A stretch of DNA of 64,000 bases, from NCBI GenBank assembly GCA_951406725.2, contig OX597815.1, forward strand, positions 193,626,001-193,690,000, written 5' to 3'. The position numbers and the translations under genes were made by a program. Source of the DNA: Octopus vulgaris. Lineage: Eukaryota. Below, one piece after another: positions 1 through 15,469 of this stretch (within the stretch, counting starts at the first letter, position 1; each line of letters begins with the position of its first letter). Below the pieces are notes generated by a model, which was not told the origin of the DNA, did no database searches, and worked only from the letters and a program-made list of their open reading frames with translations.

Positions 1-3239
<3,239 letters not shown>

Positions 3240-3240
<1 letters not shown>

Positions 3241-3420
3241 CTTATTTAATTTTTTCAACATGTCTGTATCCCTGCATACTTCAAATCTTTCCTTATCGTT
3301 GTGAAACACACTTTGAAGCATTTCAGGAATTAGCTTCTGCACTGCTAACTGAATACGTTCTTTAAGCTCAGGTAAACGATTGCTCCATCGTAGTGATGAA
3401 GGTAAATATAATGATATAAT
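3240..3420 (-). mobile_element. Tc1/mariner transposase C-terminal remnant
   Basis: Translation [34 protein letters not shown] resembles the C-terminal helices of Tc1/mariner transposases; short and decayed. Confidence 0.5.
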
Positions 3421-3596
3421 GAAATTATTGTATACAGTGCTCAGATGCACCACAAGTAGATTAGAATAAGTACTAGGCCCACAAAGAACAAGTCCCGGGG
3501 TCGACTTGCCCGACCAAAGGTGGTACTCCAGCATGGAGTACTACCTTTGCTAAAGAAAATGATTTTGGCCAAACTGAAAAAAAAGCTGTCATGGAC

Positions 3597-3995
3597 ATGG
3601 TAAGTAGCTTGCTAACCAACCACATGGTTCCGGGTTCAGTCCCACTGCGTGGCATCTTGGGCAAGTGTCTTCTGCTATAGCCCCGGGCCGACCAATGCCT
3701 TGTGAGTGGATTTGGTAGACGGAAACTGAAAGAAGCCTGTCGTATATATGTATATATATTTATATATGTATGTGTGTGTGTGTTTGTGTGTCTGTGTTTG
3801 TCCCCCTAGCATTGCTTGACAACCGATGCTGGTGTGTTTACGTCCCCGTCACTTAGCGGTTCGGCAAAAGAGACCGATAGAATAAGTACTGGGCTTACAA
3901 AGAATAAGTCCCGGGGTCAATTTGCTCGACTAAAAGCGGTGCTCCAGCATGGCCGCAGTCAAATGACTGAAACAAGTAAAAGAGTAAAAAGAATA
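3597..3995 (+). mobile_element. tRNA-derived SINE, family A (5' end clipped)
   Basis: Box-B-like GGTTCAGTCCC, body GGCATCTTGGGCAAGTGTC, internal TA/GT tract, tail CTCCAGCATGGCCGCAGTCAAATGACTGAAAC; more than 12 homologous copies in the window. Confidence 0.85.
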
Positions 3996-5076
3996 AAATT
4001 ATAAACGAAATTCAAAATTTATACACTTTTAACACATATTAAACATGGTAAACATAAATAAAAGTGAGTTTTTTAAAAAATTCATCCGATTTCACTCAAA
4101 TCATCATTAATTCTAGGACATCCTCTATTTACTCGACTGACTAAACAGAGGAGGGAACACAGGAGGGAACACAGAGAGACACATTCAGAAAACACTTCTT
4201 TACGACTATTTAACACGCTAGGTTTAGTAGAGTCCTTAAGAATTTTGGCTTTCTCCTCAATGCAGATCTCTGAAGAAGAAGAAGAAGAAGAAGAAGAAGC
4301 TGGTTTCTAACAAAGATACAACCCTTTGTAATTGCAGGTGGCGAGCGTAGCTTCCGGAAGTGGTCACGCAGTCAAACTCAAATGGCTGTGAGTCACAACA
4401 GCAGTTTGTTTGTTTTTTTGCATGAACATTTTGCATTATATAGGTCAGACAGAGATGACATAGAAAGAAGACGTACTGCCAGACCATTCAGGAGAATGGA
4501 TGAATGGGTTTGTTGTGCTTTTACCCAGCCGCGCACATGCGCACATGTCCCGGTGGTGCGCAGGATGGTAACATGAAGAATCAACATGGCGCCGACAAAC
4601 ATTTTAATGTTCTTCTCATTTTCTCTGCCAAATTGGACAAAAAGGTTTTCACGAAATATTATAAGCTACTTTATAATGCATGAGTAGTGTCAATATTTAT
4701 TCGTCGGAAAATGACCTCAAACAAAGATAAAACCCAGTGCAGTATACTCGAATTTGATTAAACTGCATTTGGAGGGTGGGGAGGCATAGTCGGCGCGTCG
4801 TAAATTTGTTTTAGCCAACAGCAATTAGAGGAGCCTGATTAATGTTTGTTGCAAATTTGGAGGAAAGTGACTGGATACTCTTCAAGCCTTAACGTTGCAA
4901 AAATGCTTTTAAAATGCGGTTTTTCTGTCCCTGGGCCCGCATTAGGCAAGAAGTTGAAATTTTGTGGGGCCCATAACACTCTATGGGCCCTATGTAATGC
5001 ATGTGTAAAATTTCATAAAAATCTGCTGGGTGGATCTCAAGTTTTAACATTACAAACACACAGACAGACACAAATC

Positions 5077-5188
<112 letters not shown>

Positions 5189-6671
5189 CAGAGTTATATG
5201 GTGTTACTCGAGCGAAAACAGTTTTTTCCAGCTGAATACATTTAATTTGTTGTCTTCCTAGTTTTTGGCGTCATGTGACTTCTTTATTGCGTAAATTTAT
5301 GCTCTGGTTGATTGTTTAGTGTGAATTCTGAACTGCCTTATAAACAATATTACGTGCTTTCCTAAAATGTCTATGAATAACAAGATAACGTGTACTATCA
5401 ACTCTAGTGCATTGCCTATGAAAGAAACGATGTTCTCCGAGTTGTGATTTATCTATAGACACGGCAAAAGTTGCGATTTATTTATAGACGCGGCAAAGAC
5501 TAGTTTTACTGGATAATGTAGTCTTTTGAATACAAAAGCTAGTTCTGTGCTAGTCGGTATCAATGCTATCGTAGGTATAAAAGCTAGTTTGTGTTAATTA
5601 GTATCAAGGGTAGTGTAGGTATAAACGTATCTTCTCTTATAGAACAACCACTCAAAATAGCAGCCTGAATAACACAAGGCATTATGTTTTTTTAACCGGC
5701 GATCTGTTGCTATTACACAGGATCTGCGGCGATTAGCAAGATTATGGCTCTTACATTTTACAGAAGTCCATCATCTGATGGACGCCTAGGAGGTTCCAAA
5801 GAACAGGACAGTTGACTGCCTCTGCAGGATTACGAACTGAATCTATAGGTACGTAAGTCTGTGTAGTTTCTGAACTGCGATCCACTGGATTATGGTTTAT
5901 GTTGTTGATAGTGATATTTTTTGGTGCAAGCATTGCTCTTTCACGTAAGTACTTACGGTTTTGTTGGTGTTCCTGAAAATTTATAAATACTCTTACATCG
6001 AGTGATGAAACGAATTGAAATAATTAGCGTTGTATCTAGAGAATTTTATCCAGGAGCATCCTATCCTCTTCAAGTCCTTAAAAATCATAGAGCAAAAACC
6101 GATTCTCATTTTCTTAGGGTTATCTTTTAGGTGTCTCCGTGTCTCCTCAAGATGACTTCAATCAAGCTATTAACTCTTCTGCTTCAGTACCCTTTGGAAT
6201 TACAGGCAAAATCTGACGAAAGTCTCCTAATAGTACATTTCGGAATTTCTTAAATTTTGCAACCTTCGATTCAAAGTTTACAAAAATAATTTACTTTCCA
6301 TCCTGCACTCATTCCAAGCTGACACCTCACTTGTTCCATCCCAGATGTTTTGCTTATTTCACAAACTGGTATATCATTGTTAGCTAAATTCAAGGGCAAT
6401 TTGAAAGTGGAGTTGGCTCTTTTTCCTCTAGAAAGTGATGTAGTAGAAATACCCGAAGAAGCACCAGCTAAAGCGATGTATTATTATTTGGGAGTGAGGA
6501 TCTCACTTTGGCATGTAACATCATTTTGACAAATATTTTGTTGGTTCCTGCAGAAGCATCAGGAAGAAAGTCCTTTCCTTTGATTAAAAAACAAGATTTT
6601 TCGCATATTGCATTGTAGGCAGCAATTCGGTTTCGTGGTTTCGTTTTCACTAACATATTTTGAGAGGTTTA

Positions 6672-7086
6672 GGGCGGCGAGCTGGCAGAAACGTTAGCAC
6701 ACCGGACGAAATGCTCACCGGTATTTCGTCTATCGTTACGTTCTGAGTTCAAATTCCACCGAGATCGACTTTACCTTTCATCCTTTCGGGGTCGATAAAT
6801 AAAGTACCAGTTACGCACTGGGGTCGATGTAATCGATTTAATCCCTTTGTCTGTCCTTGTTTTCCTCTCTGTGTTTAGCCCCTTGTTGGTAGTAAAGATA
6901 TAGGTATTTCGTCTGCCGTTACATTCTGAGTTCAAATTCCACCAAGGTCGACTCTGCCTTTCATCCTTTCGGGGTCGATAAATTAAGTACCAGCTACACA
7001 CTGGGGTCGATGTAATCGATTTAATCCCTTTGTCTGTCCTTGTTTGTCCCCTCTATGTTTAGCCCCTTGTGGGTAGTAAAGAAATA
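6672..7086 (+). mobile_element. SINE family B (Nin/Deu-like central domain), head plus two tandem units
   Basis: Head GGCGGCGAGCTGGCAGAAACGTTAGC, B-box-like GAGTTCAAATTCC, central GTCGACT..CCTTTCATCCTTTCGGGGTCGATAAA..AAGTACCAG; the ~185-bp unit is repeated. Confidence 0.85.
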
Positions 7087-7462
7087 TATTTTGAGAAGTT
7101 GTAGGATGTTTGACTTGATAGTTTTGTTGATAAAATATTGATTTCAGAACGATTGTTATGAAGAAGACCATACCTACGCTATATCTTCAATGGCATCGTT
7201 GACTTCCTCACTGTATTCTATTTTCCCGCCAGGATATTGCACTCTGAATCTGGTATTTGCAAACTTGTGTAAGATCACTTTTGTACTTTAGTCAAATTGT
7301 TATTGGATCGCCTAAATAATAGTTTTTAATGAGAATAGCCAATAATAATGTCAAGCTGCCTCCTGAGCTAGACGCAGAGGTCCCTGACATAGTTGTCCTC
7401 CAATGACTATCATCCTATAGTAATTCTTATCTAAAAGATACTCGATAGGAAGCACAAATATA

Positions 7463-7853
7463 ACCTATTTCTTTACTACCCACAAGGGGCTAAACATAGA
7501 GGGCACAAACAGGGACAGACAAACGGTTTAAGTCGATTAAATCGACCCCAATGCGTAACTGGTACTTAATTTATCGATTCCGAAAGAATGAAAGGCAAAG
7601 TCGACCTCGGCGGAATTTGAACTCAGAACGTAACGGCAAACGAAATACCTATTTCTTTACTACTCACAAGGTGCTAAACACAGAGAGGACAGACAAACGG
7701 ATTAAGTCGATTATATCGATTACTTATTAATTCGACCCCGAAAGGATGAAAGGCAAAGTCGACCACGGCGGAATTTGAACTCAGAACGTAACGGCAGACG
7801 AAATACGGCTACGCATTTCGCCCGGCGTGCTAACGTTTCTGCCAGCTCGCCGC
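7463..7853 (-). mobile_element. SINE family B, two tandem units
   Basis: Reverse complement of the 6672-7086 type. Confidence 0.85.
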
Positions 7854-8189
7854 ACAAATATAATCATCAACTGTTCGAAGATCAAAAAGGGATGTAGGAT
7901 CACGAGAGAGCAGCTGTAAATAAAAGCATTCCTGCTGAGTTAGATGCACGGTACAAACTCTTCCCAGAACATTGTGAAATCGGATATTAAGATAACTTCA
8001 GCGCCTCTTTTCCTGCAATTCCATTGTTTATTGCTCAATATATATATATATATATATATATATAATAAGGTAGTAATTGATAGTATAACGTGTTTTCTTT
8101 TTGTTTTTTCGGAAGAGTCTTTCTGATAAATTTGGGAAAATGTTCTACATGTAGTTTCTCTGGGAGCTAGAGATGGTTGAGTTTTCGTT

Positions 8190-9612
8190 TCTGTAGTGAG
8201 TCCTACGTCCTACCCCACAGGAAGCTACCTGCAGCAAATGTGCCGCCACCAACAGATGGAATTAGAGACAAGAACTGTTCAGGATGTAGTTGTTTACATC
8301 ATCTCTCTTGCACCAGCCTGGCACGAAGGGCCTCAAATGCAACAGAGTAGACACCAAACTTACCGAGGGCGATGTCGCCTCCAATGATACCGTCCCCTTT
8401 CCCCACCGAAGCGGTCCTGGCTATCCCTCGACTCAAACATCTTGAGCCACCTGCAGACCTCAGACCAATACATTGACCCAACCTTGAGGCGCCATACGTG
8501 GCCTCTGAGAAAGACATCTCTGATCCGAGATCTTTCCCTGCCAGTAGCAACGGAGGTGAGAACGGTGTCCGATTCGGCCACCTCCAAAACTTGCTGCCCT
8601 CTCTTACTGCAGATGCCGGGATCCACATACAGAGCGCAATTACAGCTCTCATTAACAGATTCATTCAAGGCATCCTGGATCCTAATCCACAAGGAGTCAT
8701 ATTTCAGCCTGCTTCATCGCTCTCGGGAAGAAGGGTAGGGGAATCCGCCTCACCGCAACGGGCAATGTTTTCTGCAGTTCTGTCGCAGTCGAACTAGGTG
8801 AGGAATTCAGCCATGTAGAGCTGAGGATCAGAGTAGCCAGAGGGTGTGAAGGAGCCACTCATGCCGCTAGGCAGTCCTTCAATGATTGTTCTCCTGAGTT
8901 GACATCGAGCGATTACAAGCACCTCGTTGTCAAGCTTGACATGAAAAATGCTTTCACCTGTTTGCGCCATGACTACTTGCTCCAAGCCTGCCTCAGCTTT
9001 GCACCGTCTGCCTACCAGTGGGCTTACCTGTCATACGAGGCTCCAAGTATGCTCTTCTCCTAGGGTAAGGTTACACCATCTACGACTTGCGCCCAACAGG
9101 GTGATCCACCAGGCCCCCACTCCTATTCGCTCCTCAGGGTGAGCAGTATTACTCGGAGTATCACGGCTCTTTTCCATGTCTGGTACCGAGCGATACAACG
9201 ATATGTGGGCCGGTAGATAGTGTCTTCCACGATTTCTGATCAGTGGTTCCCGCTCAAGCGAGGATAGGTTTTGAGATAAACTCGTCAAAGTCGGCGGTTT
9301 TGAACGTTTACTGTGACGCAGGGGGCTTTGTGGCCTCCGTCTCAGATGTACATTTCAGATGCACTAATTCACCAGGGGTGGGTGACTTCAAAAGAGAACG
9401 TCCTCATAGCCGACCCTCACCCTTGCCATTCGCTCCACTCTCAGGTTGTGACGGGCATAATGAATGCGATCGATGCTCATTCAACATTGTTTCTGTTGAG
9501 GAACTGCTTCGTCTTGCCGAAGTTATTGAATACTCTCCGCAATGCCCCTTGCTGCAACCACGTATCTTTCCTCGCGGATCTCGACACCTGCATGCAACTG
9601 GCCATCAAAAAG
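8190..9612 (+). mobile_element. Decayed non-LTR reverse transcriptase remnant, CRE-clade-like
   Basis: Frameshifted motifs VVKLDMKNAF, AQQGDPPGP..LF, GFEINSSKS, LLRNCFVLPKLLNTLRNAPC; GC-richer than flanks; ends at a (GT)n tract. Confidence 0.65.
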
Positions 9613-9649
9613 TGTGTGTTTGTGCGTGCGTGTGTGTGTGTGTGCGTGC

Positions 9650-9707
<58 letters not shown>

Positions 9708-10182
9708 TGTAGGTGTGGCTGAGTGTGAATATATGTTTAATTTTGCTTCACAATAATGTGTTTACACGTTCTGAGTGGCACATTGGGCGTGTGTGTGTTT
9801 AACAATTCCTTTTTGGAAGACTGGATGAGGAAGCATAATTAAAGCTATAAATATTAGTATGCAAATACTGGGTTGAAAAACCTTCTTGTATAGAAAACTC
9901 GAAGGCGGAGCGTTTCAGAATTTTTTTACAACCAAGATTTACATGAATGCTTCGAGATCCAATTCCAAAAAATATTATTTCACATTCTCTCGAAAGCGTA
10001 TAAATTCTCATGACATACGTATAAATGTTTAAGAGGTTTCCATTGCGGATAAAAGTGAGGAATTATTTACATTCCTATCAAAATATGTTACTGGTTTCAA
10101 TCGTTTTAAAAAGATGATTTAGTCATAACTAAAGTAAATTGAATTAAACTTTCGTTATAGTAAGTTTCATTCTAGAGTATAC

Positions 10183-10348
10183 AGACGCAGGAGTGGCTGT
10201 GTAGTAAGAAACTTGCTTCCCAACCATATGGTTCCGGGTTCAGTCCCACTGTGTGGCACCTTGAACAAGTGTCTTCTTTTATAGCCTCGGGCCGACCAAA
10301 CCCTTGTGAATGGATTTGGTTGACGGAAACTGAAAAAGGGCCGTTGTG

Positions 10349-10381
<33 letters not shown>

Positions 10382-10622
10382 ATGTGTGTGTGTGTGTGTG
10401 TGTATTTGTGTCAGTATTTGTGTCCCACCATCACTTGATAACCGATGTTAGTGTGTTCACGTCTCCGTAACTGAGCGGTTCGGCAAAAGGATCCGATATA
10501 ATAAGTACCAGAATAAGTACAAAGAATAAGTCCTGAAGTTGATTTGTGCGACTAAAAGCGGTGCTCCAGCATGACCGTAGTCAAATGACTGAAACAAGTT
10601 AAAGATCAAAAGATCAAAAGAA
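10183..10622 (+). mobile_element. SINE family A, full length
   Basis: Head GCAGGAGTGGCTGTGTAGTAAG..GGTTCAGTCCC through the GACTGAAACAAG tail. Confidence 0.85.
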
Positions 10623-10918
10623 TATGATTAAAGACTAGCTTCAACTTTCATTAATTACCCCACAATCAGATCCTTGGGTATTTCAGTAAACAGAGGGGAA
10701 GGATGACTATTGAAATTGGTAGCTTAAGTGGTTGTTAAAGATAAAGCATAGGAAAGGTGTTTTAACATCTGTTACCTAAAGCGAGAAATTTCTCCACAGC
10801 AAACAGCAATAAAAATCCTCTCTGAATAGGTCAAACATGTCACAAACATGTCAGAATTGATTTAAAACTCTCTTTCTTCTACAATACTACTTATACATAA
10901 TACATACATACATACATG

Positions 10919-10974
<56 letters not shown>

Positions 10975-10984
10975 TATATATATA

Positions 10985-11045
<61 letters not shown>

Positions 11046-11161
11046 AATCCAAACGGGAAACAAAAAAACAACAACAATGGAACAATTACAGTATTATTAT
11101 TAATAGGCGCTCAGGAAATGACACACACATATATTGTTCTCAAAAAGCTGACGCATCCTGT

Positions 11162-11239
<78 letters not shown>

Positions 11240-11366
11240 CTATTATGTAATTCAAACAATGATAGACATAAACCATATCATATAGAAAAAAATAAAATAT
11301 ATCATTGTGAAATTTGATTTAATACTAAATAGAATTTTTCCCCTGTAAGTTTGGAGTTATGCTCCC

Positions 11367-11438
<72 letters not shown>

Positions 11439-11448
11439 CATTATTGAA

Positions 11449-12000
11449 TGAGAGAGCAGTGCATGCCAACAAAGTGACACTGGGGTAAAATATACGAAGC
11501 CCAGTATACCCATCATGACTACCCGTCTGAAAAGGGTACACTAGGCACATGCATCACAACCATATGTGCGCGACATGGTGATCTTATATCAAGATAAACA
11601 GCGTATGATCTTGCAGGTGGGGCCCAGTTAGAATTTTGTTCTGGTGGAGTAGCCCATCCCGCTCAAAAGGTCCCCGAATAAGGGTTGTTTAAGGATGTTG
11701 AACGAAGCACCCCTGTTTCCAAAGGTGAATTATTCAAACCCCAAAGAATCCCTCTCAACACATGGCTATGATGCTCCCCCACTACTTCTGCTCGTGATCA
11801 GAGATGCACATATCGTCAGCCACTAAGGGACATGCTCAACCGGTTAAGGTCAAACAACTGACAAGCAAATCTGTGGTATTGAGCAGAATATTTGCTGTAG
11901 ACCATCTTTTATACCAAGAAAAAAACAACGTACACGATAACACTTGCAATCAGTTAAGATCAGAAGCCATGAGAGCTACTGCCTGGTACTGCATCAGGGC

Positions 12001-12003
<3 letters not shown>
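11449..12003. mobile_element. ~550-bp interspersed repeat embedded in (ATT)n, class unknown
   Basis: A highly similar second copy lies at 47733-48218; this copy has (ATT)n on both sides. Confidence 0.75.
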
Positions 12004-12045
<42 letters not shown>

Positions 12046-12046
12046 G

Positions 12047-12106
<60 letters not shown>

Positions 12107-12321
12107 CACACACACACAGAGAGTGCATCAGCTTTTTGAGAACAAAATTTTAATAGACCGAAAATAAATATTTATTAGAGAAACCAATATATAATCTTAC
12201 TTATAGCTACACATATTATTCAATAAAGCTGCTATCAGCTTCAGTTAAAGCCTCTATACGACCAGCTTCTGAAGCGATTAAATACATTGATGAGGTGCCC
12301 TTTATTCATGCCCCCAATACA

Positions 12322-12547
12322 TTTATTTATTGCTTACAATGAGCTAAACATAGAGGGGACAAAGACAGACAAAGGGATTAAGTCGATTACATCGACCCCA
12401 GTGCGTAACTGGTACTTTACTTATCGACCCCGAAAGGATGAAAGGCAAAGTCGACCTCGGCGGAATTTGAACTCAGAACGTAACGGCAGACGAAATACTG
12501 CTACGCATTTCGTCCGGTGTGCTAACGTTTCTGCCAGCTCGCCGCCT
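12322..12547 (-). mobile_element. SINE family B monomer
   Basis: Homologous to 6672-6900. Confidence 0.85.
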
Positions 12548-12761
12548 TTCATGTCCGCAATAATCCGCATCAACAAGTCCTTGGTATTACGGGCACGCTT
12601 GTTAGTCTTCCCCTCAGTGACACCCGAAGCATAAACGTCCATGAGAGCTAGGAGGACAAATGCCAGGGGTAAGTTGACGAAATTTTTCAGCCCTTCACTC
12701 CTGGATCGCACAGGGTCTATAAGAAAGAATAGAGTCTTGCTGGAACACGTACGGTCTCTGT

Positions 12762-13045
12762 GGCGGCACATGGCCTAGTGGTTAGATCAGCGGACACGCG
12801 GTCAAGGGTTCGCAGGTTCGAATCTCAGACCGGGCGATGTGTGTGTTTATGAGCGAAACACCTGAGCTCCACGCGGCTCCGGCAGAAGGTAATGGGCGAA
12901 CATCTACTGACTCTTTCGCCACAACTTTCTCTCACTCTTTCCTCCAGCATCTTGCAGGTCACATGCGATGGACCGGCATCCCGTCCAGGTGGGGAAACCG
13001 GGAAACCGGCCCTTTATGAGCGAGGCGTGGCTCGAGAAAGAAGAA
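12762..13045 (+). mobile_element. tRNA-derived SINE, family D (V-domain-like tail)
   Basis: A-box TGGCCTAGTGG, B-box GGTTCGAATC, body GAGCGAAACACCT..CTCCACG.GGCTCCGGCAG, tail GCGATGGACCGGCATCCCGTCCAG. Confidence 0.75.
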
Positions 13046-13229
13046 ACGTACGGCTCTCCTCCGAGCAACTCTCTCGATCCAAGGATCGACAACTGTCATC
13101 GTTGTTTCAATGTAGGCTGCCGCATTGAACCCACCCGCCTCCCAACCCGCCCCAAAGACATTGCAGGGAAAAGTAAGGGGGCATAACATGATCCTCATTG
13201 CTTACGATCCACAAGTCTCTCGCAATCAA

Positions 13230-13520
13230 TGAAAACTTGCTGTATATAATAGTGAGAACTTTAATGGGGCTGAAACATGATATTCCCTCTGTTCACGTTG
13301 AAATCCTCTGGGTGTTTGAATGTATTCAGTTGGCGCTTCGATTGGATCACACGGTTTCTCCCGGATTTTATCGGATTTGTGCCTGGCATCTTTTCGCACC
13401 ACACGTCTAATTGTTGACTCCGACACATGGGGATGATTGGCAATGGCCTTTATAGGCCTGTTGGGATTCTTGGTGCTGATAATGTGAACTTGGCAGACAT
13501 ACTTTTCTGACAACGTTTGA
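13230..13520 (-). mobile_element. Tc1/mariner-superfamily transposase HTH remnant
   Basis: NPNRPIKAIANHPHVSESTIRRVVRKD and KRQLNTFKHP resemble the second HTH and linker of Tc1/maT-type transposases. Confidence 0.55.
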
Positions 13521-13647
13521 CCTTCGAGAATGTATTTATATATTTAGCAAGAGGCCAGCTGCTCTTTACTTATCTTTAACACGAAGAACCCAGTGACATT
13601 TAAGAAGGTTGAAATTGTAGAATCAGTGTAATCTTTTGTAATCTTTT

Positions 13648-14094
13648 TGAGTGGATTTGGTGGACGGAAACTGAAAGGAAGCCCGTCGTATATATATGGG
13701 GTAGGAATGTCATTGTGTCTGTGTTTGTCCCCAAATACTGCCTTACAACCGATGTGAGTGTGTTTATGTCCCCCGCAACTTAACGATTCTGTAGAAGCGA
13801 ACGATGGATCAAGTATAAGGTTTAAAATTGTTTTTTTTTTTTATGGGACAGGGGTTGATTCGTTCGACTACAGTTTTACAAGGCGGTGACCCAGCATGGC
13901 TGCAGTCCAGTGACCGAAAAATGTAAAAAAAAATAAGAAGAGTGGCTGTGTGTTAAGTAGCTTGCTTACCAACATCATGGTTCCGGGTTCAGTCCCACTG
14001 CGTGACACTTTGGGCAAGTGTCTTTTACTATAACCTCGGGCCGACCAAAGTCTTGTAAGTAGATTTGGTGGACGGAAACTGAAAGAAGCCCGTC

Positions 14095-14161
<67 letters not shown>

Positions 14162-14425
14162 TATGTGTGCGTGTGTGTGATGTGTATGTGTGTGTATATG
14201 TTTGTGTGTCTGTGTTTGCCCCCCCCCCCCCCAACATCGCTTGACAACACGATGTTGGTGTGTTTACGTCCTCGTAATTTAGCGGTTCGGTAAAAGAGAG
14301 ACTGATAGAATAAGTACTAGGCTTATAAAAGAACAAGTCCTGGGGGGTCGATCTGCTTCGACTAAAAGGCGGTGCTCCAGCATGGCCGCAGTCAAATGAC
14401 TGAAACAAGTGAAAAGAGTACAAGA
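13648..14425 (+). mobile_element. Two tandem SINE-A copies (5'-truncated 13648-13935; near-complete 13941-14425)
   Basis: Repeated family-A body and tail motifs. Confidence 0.8.
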
Positions 14426-14716
14426 GTACGAAAGATGCACTTGGTTTGAGCTCCATTTCACACACACACACGAACGAATAATTTACTTCCTTTGTGTTTT
14501 CCTCTTTATGGCTTGTATTGGTAGAGTGCAACGTTATACGAGAATATCGTATATCTCTTCTGTACTGCAACGTACGTAGCAAATACCGATTCAGTTGGCA
14601 TAGTTATTATACCACTCACGTGAGTCATCATATCTCGTTAATTTGTATATTATTCTTACTGAAGTTATTAGTGTTGTTACAGCTATTGCTGCTGCCACTG
14701 ATGATGATGATGCTGC

Positions 14717-14750
<34 letters not shown>

Positions 14751-14809
14751 ATTGTGGTCTTTATTTCGTTGTTGGTTCCATCCTGTTTTTTTTTTTTTGT
14801 TTTTCACCA

Positions 14810-15027
14810 TTCTTTTACTTGTTTCAGTCATTTGACTGCGGCCATGCTGGAGCACTGCCTTTAGTCGAGTAAAATCGACCCCAGAACTTATTCTTTGTAA
14901 GCCTAGTATTTATTCTATCGGTCTCTTTTGCCAAACGGCTAGGGTTACGGGGACGTAAACACACCAGCATCGGCGACAAATACAGACACAAATATGTACA
15001 CACACACACATACATACACACACACAC

Positions 15028-15093
<66 letters not shown>

Positions 15094-15291
15094 TCTTCTC
15101 TTCTCGTGACCGACCAGACCATCAGATGTTGTTACACATCGCTGGTCACAATGACGCCACCCCGCTGGCTAAGCGAGCAGGCCAACTGAAGAAAGAGTGA
15201 GAGAAAGAGTGGTGAAGGAGTACAGCAGGGATCACCACCCCCTGCCGGAGCCCCGTGGAGCTTTTAGGTGTTTTCGCTATATATGGAGGCG

Positions 15292-15330
<39 letters not shown>

Positions 15331-15469
15331 ACGTACCTCTTTCAGTTTCCGTCTACCAAATCCACTCACAAGGCTTTGGTCGACCCGAGGCTACAGTAGA
15401 AGACACTTACCCAAGGATTCACGTAGTGGGACTGAACCCGGAACCAAGTGGTTGGTAAGCAAGCTACTT
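14810..15469 (-). mobile_element. SINE-A body with a nested SINE-D fragment (~15092-15285); its head is displaced to 20416-20452
   Basis: Family-A tail at 14810 and body to 15469 stop exactly at GGTAAGCAAGCTACTT; the missing continuation ACCACACAGCCACTCCTGCACC is at 20431-20452. Confidence 0.8.

Larger units (their letters stand above)
5690..8035 (-). mobile_element. Decayed Helitron Rep/PIF1-helicase coding remnant, interrupted by two SINE-B arrays
   Basis: Minus-strand translations ECFYLQLLSRDPTSLFDLRTVD (~7865-7935), DASAGTNKIF (decayed Walker A), ASSGIST..RANSTFKLPLN (~6380-6465), LLGDFRQILPVIPKG (~6190-6235). Confidence 0.8.

Noticed and set aside
14690-14750. (GAT)n/(GCT)n tract suggesting a poly-Ala or poly-Gln exon
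   Set aside because: No supporting coding context or splice structure; a simple repeat between SINEs.
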